From Nemertoderma westbladi (taxonomy: Eukaryota > Animalia > Xenacoelomorpha): a stretch of 64,000 nt of DNA. The notes beneath the pieces are model-generated. The model was given only the letters and a program-made list of their open reading frames with translations, had not been told where the DNA came from and made no database searches. This document shows positions 61,701 to 64,000 of the stretch, piece by piece. Each line of letters opens with the position of its first letter. Position 1 is the first letter of the stretch. The position numbers and the translations under genes were made by a program. The stretch spans positions 1-64,000 of the forward strand of contig JAUCBJ010004955.1 of assembly GCA_032718475.1 (NCBI GenBank). The letters run 5' to 3'.

Positions 61701-62310
61701 CCGGTGTTGTACTTCCTTCACTATTAACCAACCAGACCCCGGTGGTGTACTTCCTTCACTATTAACCAACCAGACCCCGGTGGTGTACTTCCTTCACTAT
61801 TAACCAACCAGACCCAGGTGGTGTACTTCCTTCACTATTAACCAACCAGACCCCGGTGGTGTACTTCCTTCACTATTAAACAACCAGACCCCGGTGGTGT
61901 ACTTCCTTCACTATTAACCAACCAGACCCCGGTGGTGTACTTCCTTCACTATTAACCAACCAGACCCAGGTGGTGTACTTCCTTCACTATTAACCAACCA
62001 GACCCCGGTGGTGTACTTCCTTCACTATTAACCAACCAGACCCCGGTGGTGTACTTCCTCCACTATTAACCAACCAGACCCAGGTGGTGTACTTCCTCCA
62101 CTATTAACCAACCAGACCCCGGTGGTGTACTTCCTTCACTATTAACCAACCAGACCCAGGTGGTGTACTTCCTTCACTATTAACCAACCAGACCCCGGTG
62201 GTGTACTTCCTTCACTATTAACCAACCAGACACCGGTGGTGTACTTCCTTCACTATTAACCAACCAGACCCCGGTGGTGTGCTTCCTTCACTATTAACCA
62301 ATCAGACCCC
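52780..62310. repeat. 38-bp tandem satellite, ~250 copies
   Basis: Unit CCCCGGTGGTGTACTTCCTTCACTATTAACCAACCAGA, head to tail without spacers. Confidence 0.99.
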
Positions 62311-63766
62311 ATGCAGTTTGCGCGGGAAGTTTTGAACTTTGATGGCGATAATCTCTGATTTTTTTTCACATTTATTTCACACGAAAATTACTAGGCCTAC
62401 TCCTCCGTCATTTCTTAACCGTTTTTTGCAATTTTTGATTTATACTGTATGAAAGGTAATTTCATAAGCTTCAATAATATTTCCCCAATTTTTAATGAAA
62501 CGTATTAGAAATAAACATGGGTTTTATTAACCCTTGTATTAACCCACTTTGAGGTCATTTTTGACCCATCGGAGATTTAAACTTACACAATTTTTATCAC
62601 ACATTGATATGTTATCTCGAACTTTTGTGACTTTTATTACAATTTTATAGTACTTCTCAATTAGAAAAACAAAAATGTAAAAATTTGCAAGGGGGTCTAT
62701 TAAATTTTAAAATGTATACACATACTGTCTTATTGAGGTCATATTTGAGTTCATCATGTTTTGTAGCTGTACCATTCAATATCAACGAAAAACTTTTTTC
62801 AAATTTCAACTCAGTTCGCAAAGTTGCCCAAACTTCGATAGATACCAAAATTTTGATTTAGGGATGACAGGAAATATTCCCACAGGTACAGTACATGGCC
62901 TGTTCCGCCCTTGGCGCAATTGAGTCATATTCCCCATTTTTGCGATGATCAACTTCTAGTATTCCTACTGCATTGATATTAGGCCTATGCTCATTAGAAC
63001 CGCAATCTAGAACTGGAGATTATACATTTTGAAGATCTCCGATGACCGCTAAGTCTATTCCGTGTAATCCCGCAAAGACAGCAGAGTCGCTTATTCGAGT
63101 CCCGTCTTTATTCCAGAGTCTTCAAGTTGTCTTATAAACTGATCAGTAGGTCCAATAATAATAAAAAAATTCCCTCTCAATTAACATTTTGTGCTCTTTC
63201 TCGTGGAGACATCCAATTGGCACCACTGAGCATGGAAATTTGCAATAATTGAATGCAAACTCCAAACTTCATCGCATTTACCGATATCGCGATATATCGG
63301 AGCCATTATCTTCTGCCACAGATATCTCGTTCTGGTATCGATATGGGAAAACGGTTTCCATATTTGGATTCAGCATGAAATTCTGCATTAGATAGGATAT
63401 GTTTCAAAAATTCGACTTTTTTGTCAGAAAATGCGCCCCCCCCCCCCCCCCCCCTTAAGTCTTAAGTTTATTTGTAGCCGTTCTATCATACTTGAAAGTT
63501 GAAAGACTTTCTTAGTTTTCTCTTAGTCTCGCGCTCTCTTCACCGTAGTTATCATACAGTATTAAACAGTTAAAGGTAGTACGGGTTGACCTCATGTGAC
63601 TAATGAAATTTAACAAAAGTTATTACAAGCTTTCTCCCAACAGGGCTTCTTCAGGGCATTATAATGAAACTGCGTATATATACAGAGAAACTGCACTGCA
63701 GTTTCACTGTTAATTAATCTTATTATTATTAAATTAATATAATGCATTAATCTTGTTAATATATGA

Positions 63767-64000
63767 AACTATATTAAATTAAACGCATCCCGTAATGACC
63801 TCAGGAATCTCAATGTTTCTCAATTAATGGGAATATCTTCTAGGCAACAACTGGCCAGCCCGCAAGTATCACTTTGTTCCCCGCATGATATTGATCCCCG
63901 AGAATGCATCTGCCTCTCTGTTAACTTCCCACGAGCTGTCAATCAGGAATACCTCGAAGTTTATTTTCTCAAAGAATTCAAACAAGGAGTCACAAATTAC
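63767..64000 (+). other. Open frame running off the window end; possible exon
   Basis: Stop-free frame ...CLSVNFPRAVNQEYLEVYFLKEFKQGVTNY, weakly reminiscent of PARP14/NMI-type RRM-like repeats. Confidence 0.2.

Noticed and set aside
52780-62310. CRISPR array
   Set aside because: Units are contiguous with no unique spacers, there are no cas genes, and the context is eukaryotic.
62880-63250. Possible transposase or exon fragment
   Set aside because: The minus-strand frames I translated are interrupted, there is no long ORF on either strand, and no motif is recognisable.

Overview
Eukaryotic, AT-rich, invertebrate-animal-like DNA made almost entirely of nested transposable elements, plus one host gene (RPS10, intronless CDS, 51980-52474) and a ~9.5 kb array of a 38-bp satellite (52780-62310). 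Elements: two related non-autonomous BEL/Pao LTR retrotransposons on the minus strand (element A 1-9666, running off the window; element B 25802-37514, complete with 1220-bp LTRs and a TAGCA TSD); a CsRn1-type Ty3/Gypsy element (16185-20831) inserted in a decayed CR1-like LINE; two decayed CRE-clade non-LTR elements; a near-intact RTE LINE; several nested MITEs. Main finding: neither BEL element has a tRNA primer-binding site. Instead, the 11-12 nt directly after the 5' LTR are perfectly complementary to a site inside that LTR, at identical spacing from a conserved motif. The paired sequences differ between the two elements but pairing is kept. This is the geometry of Tf1-type self-primed reverse transcription, which I do not know to be described for BEL/Pao. 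Element A also carries an extra ORF with a chromodomain-like motif, another chromovirus-like trait. The window also contains many short TA-xxx-TA insertions that look like DNA-transposon excision footprints. All calls were made by eye; no searches or alignments were run.
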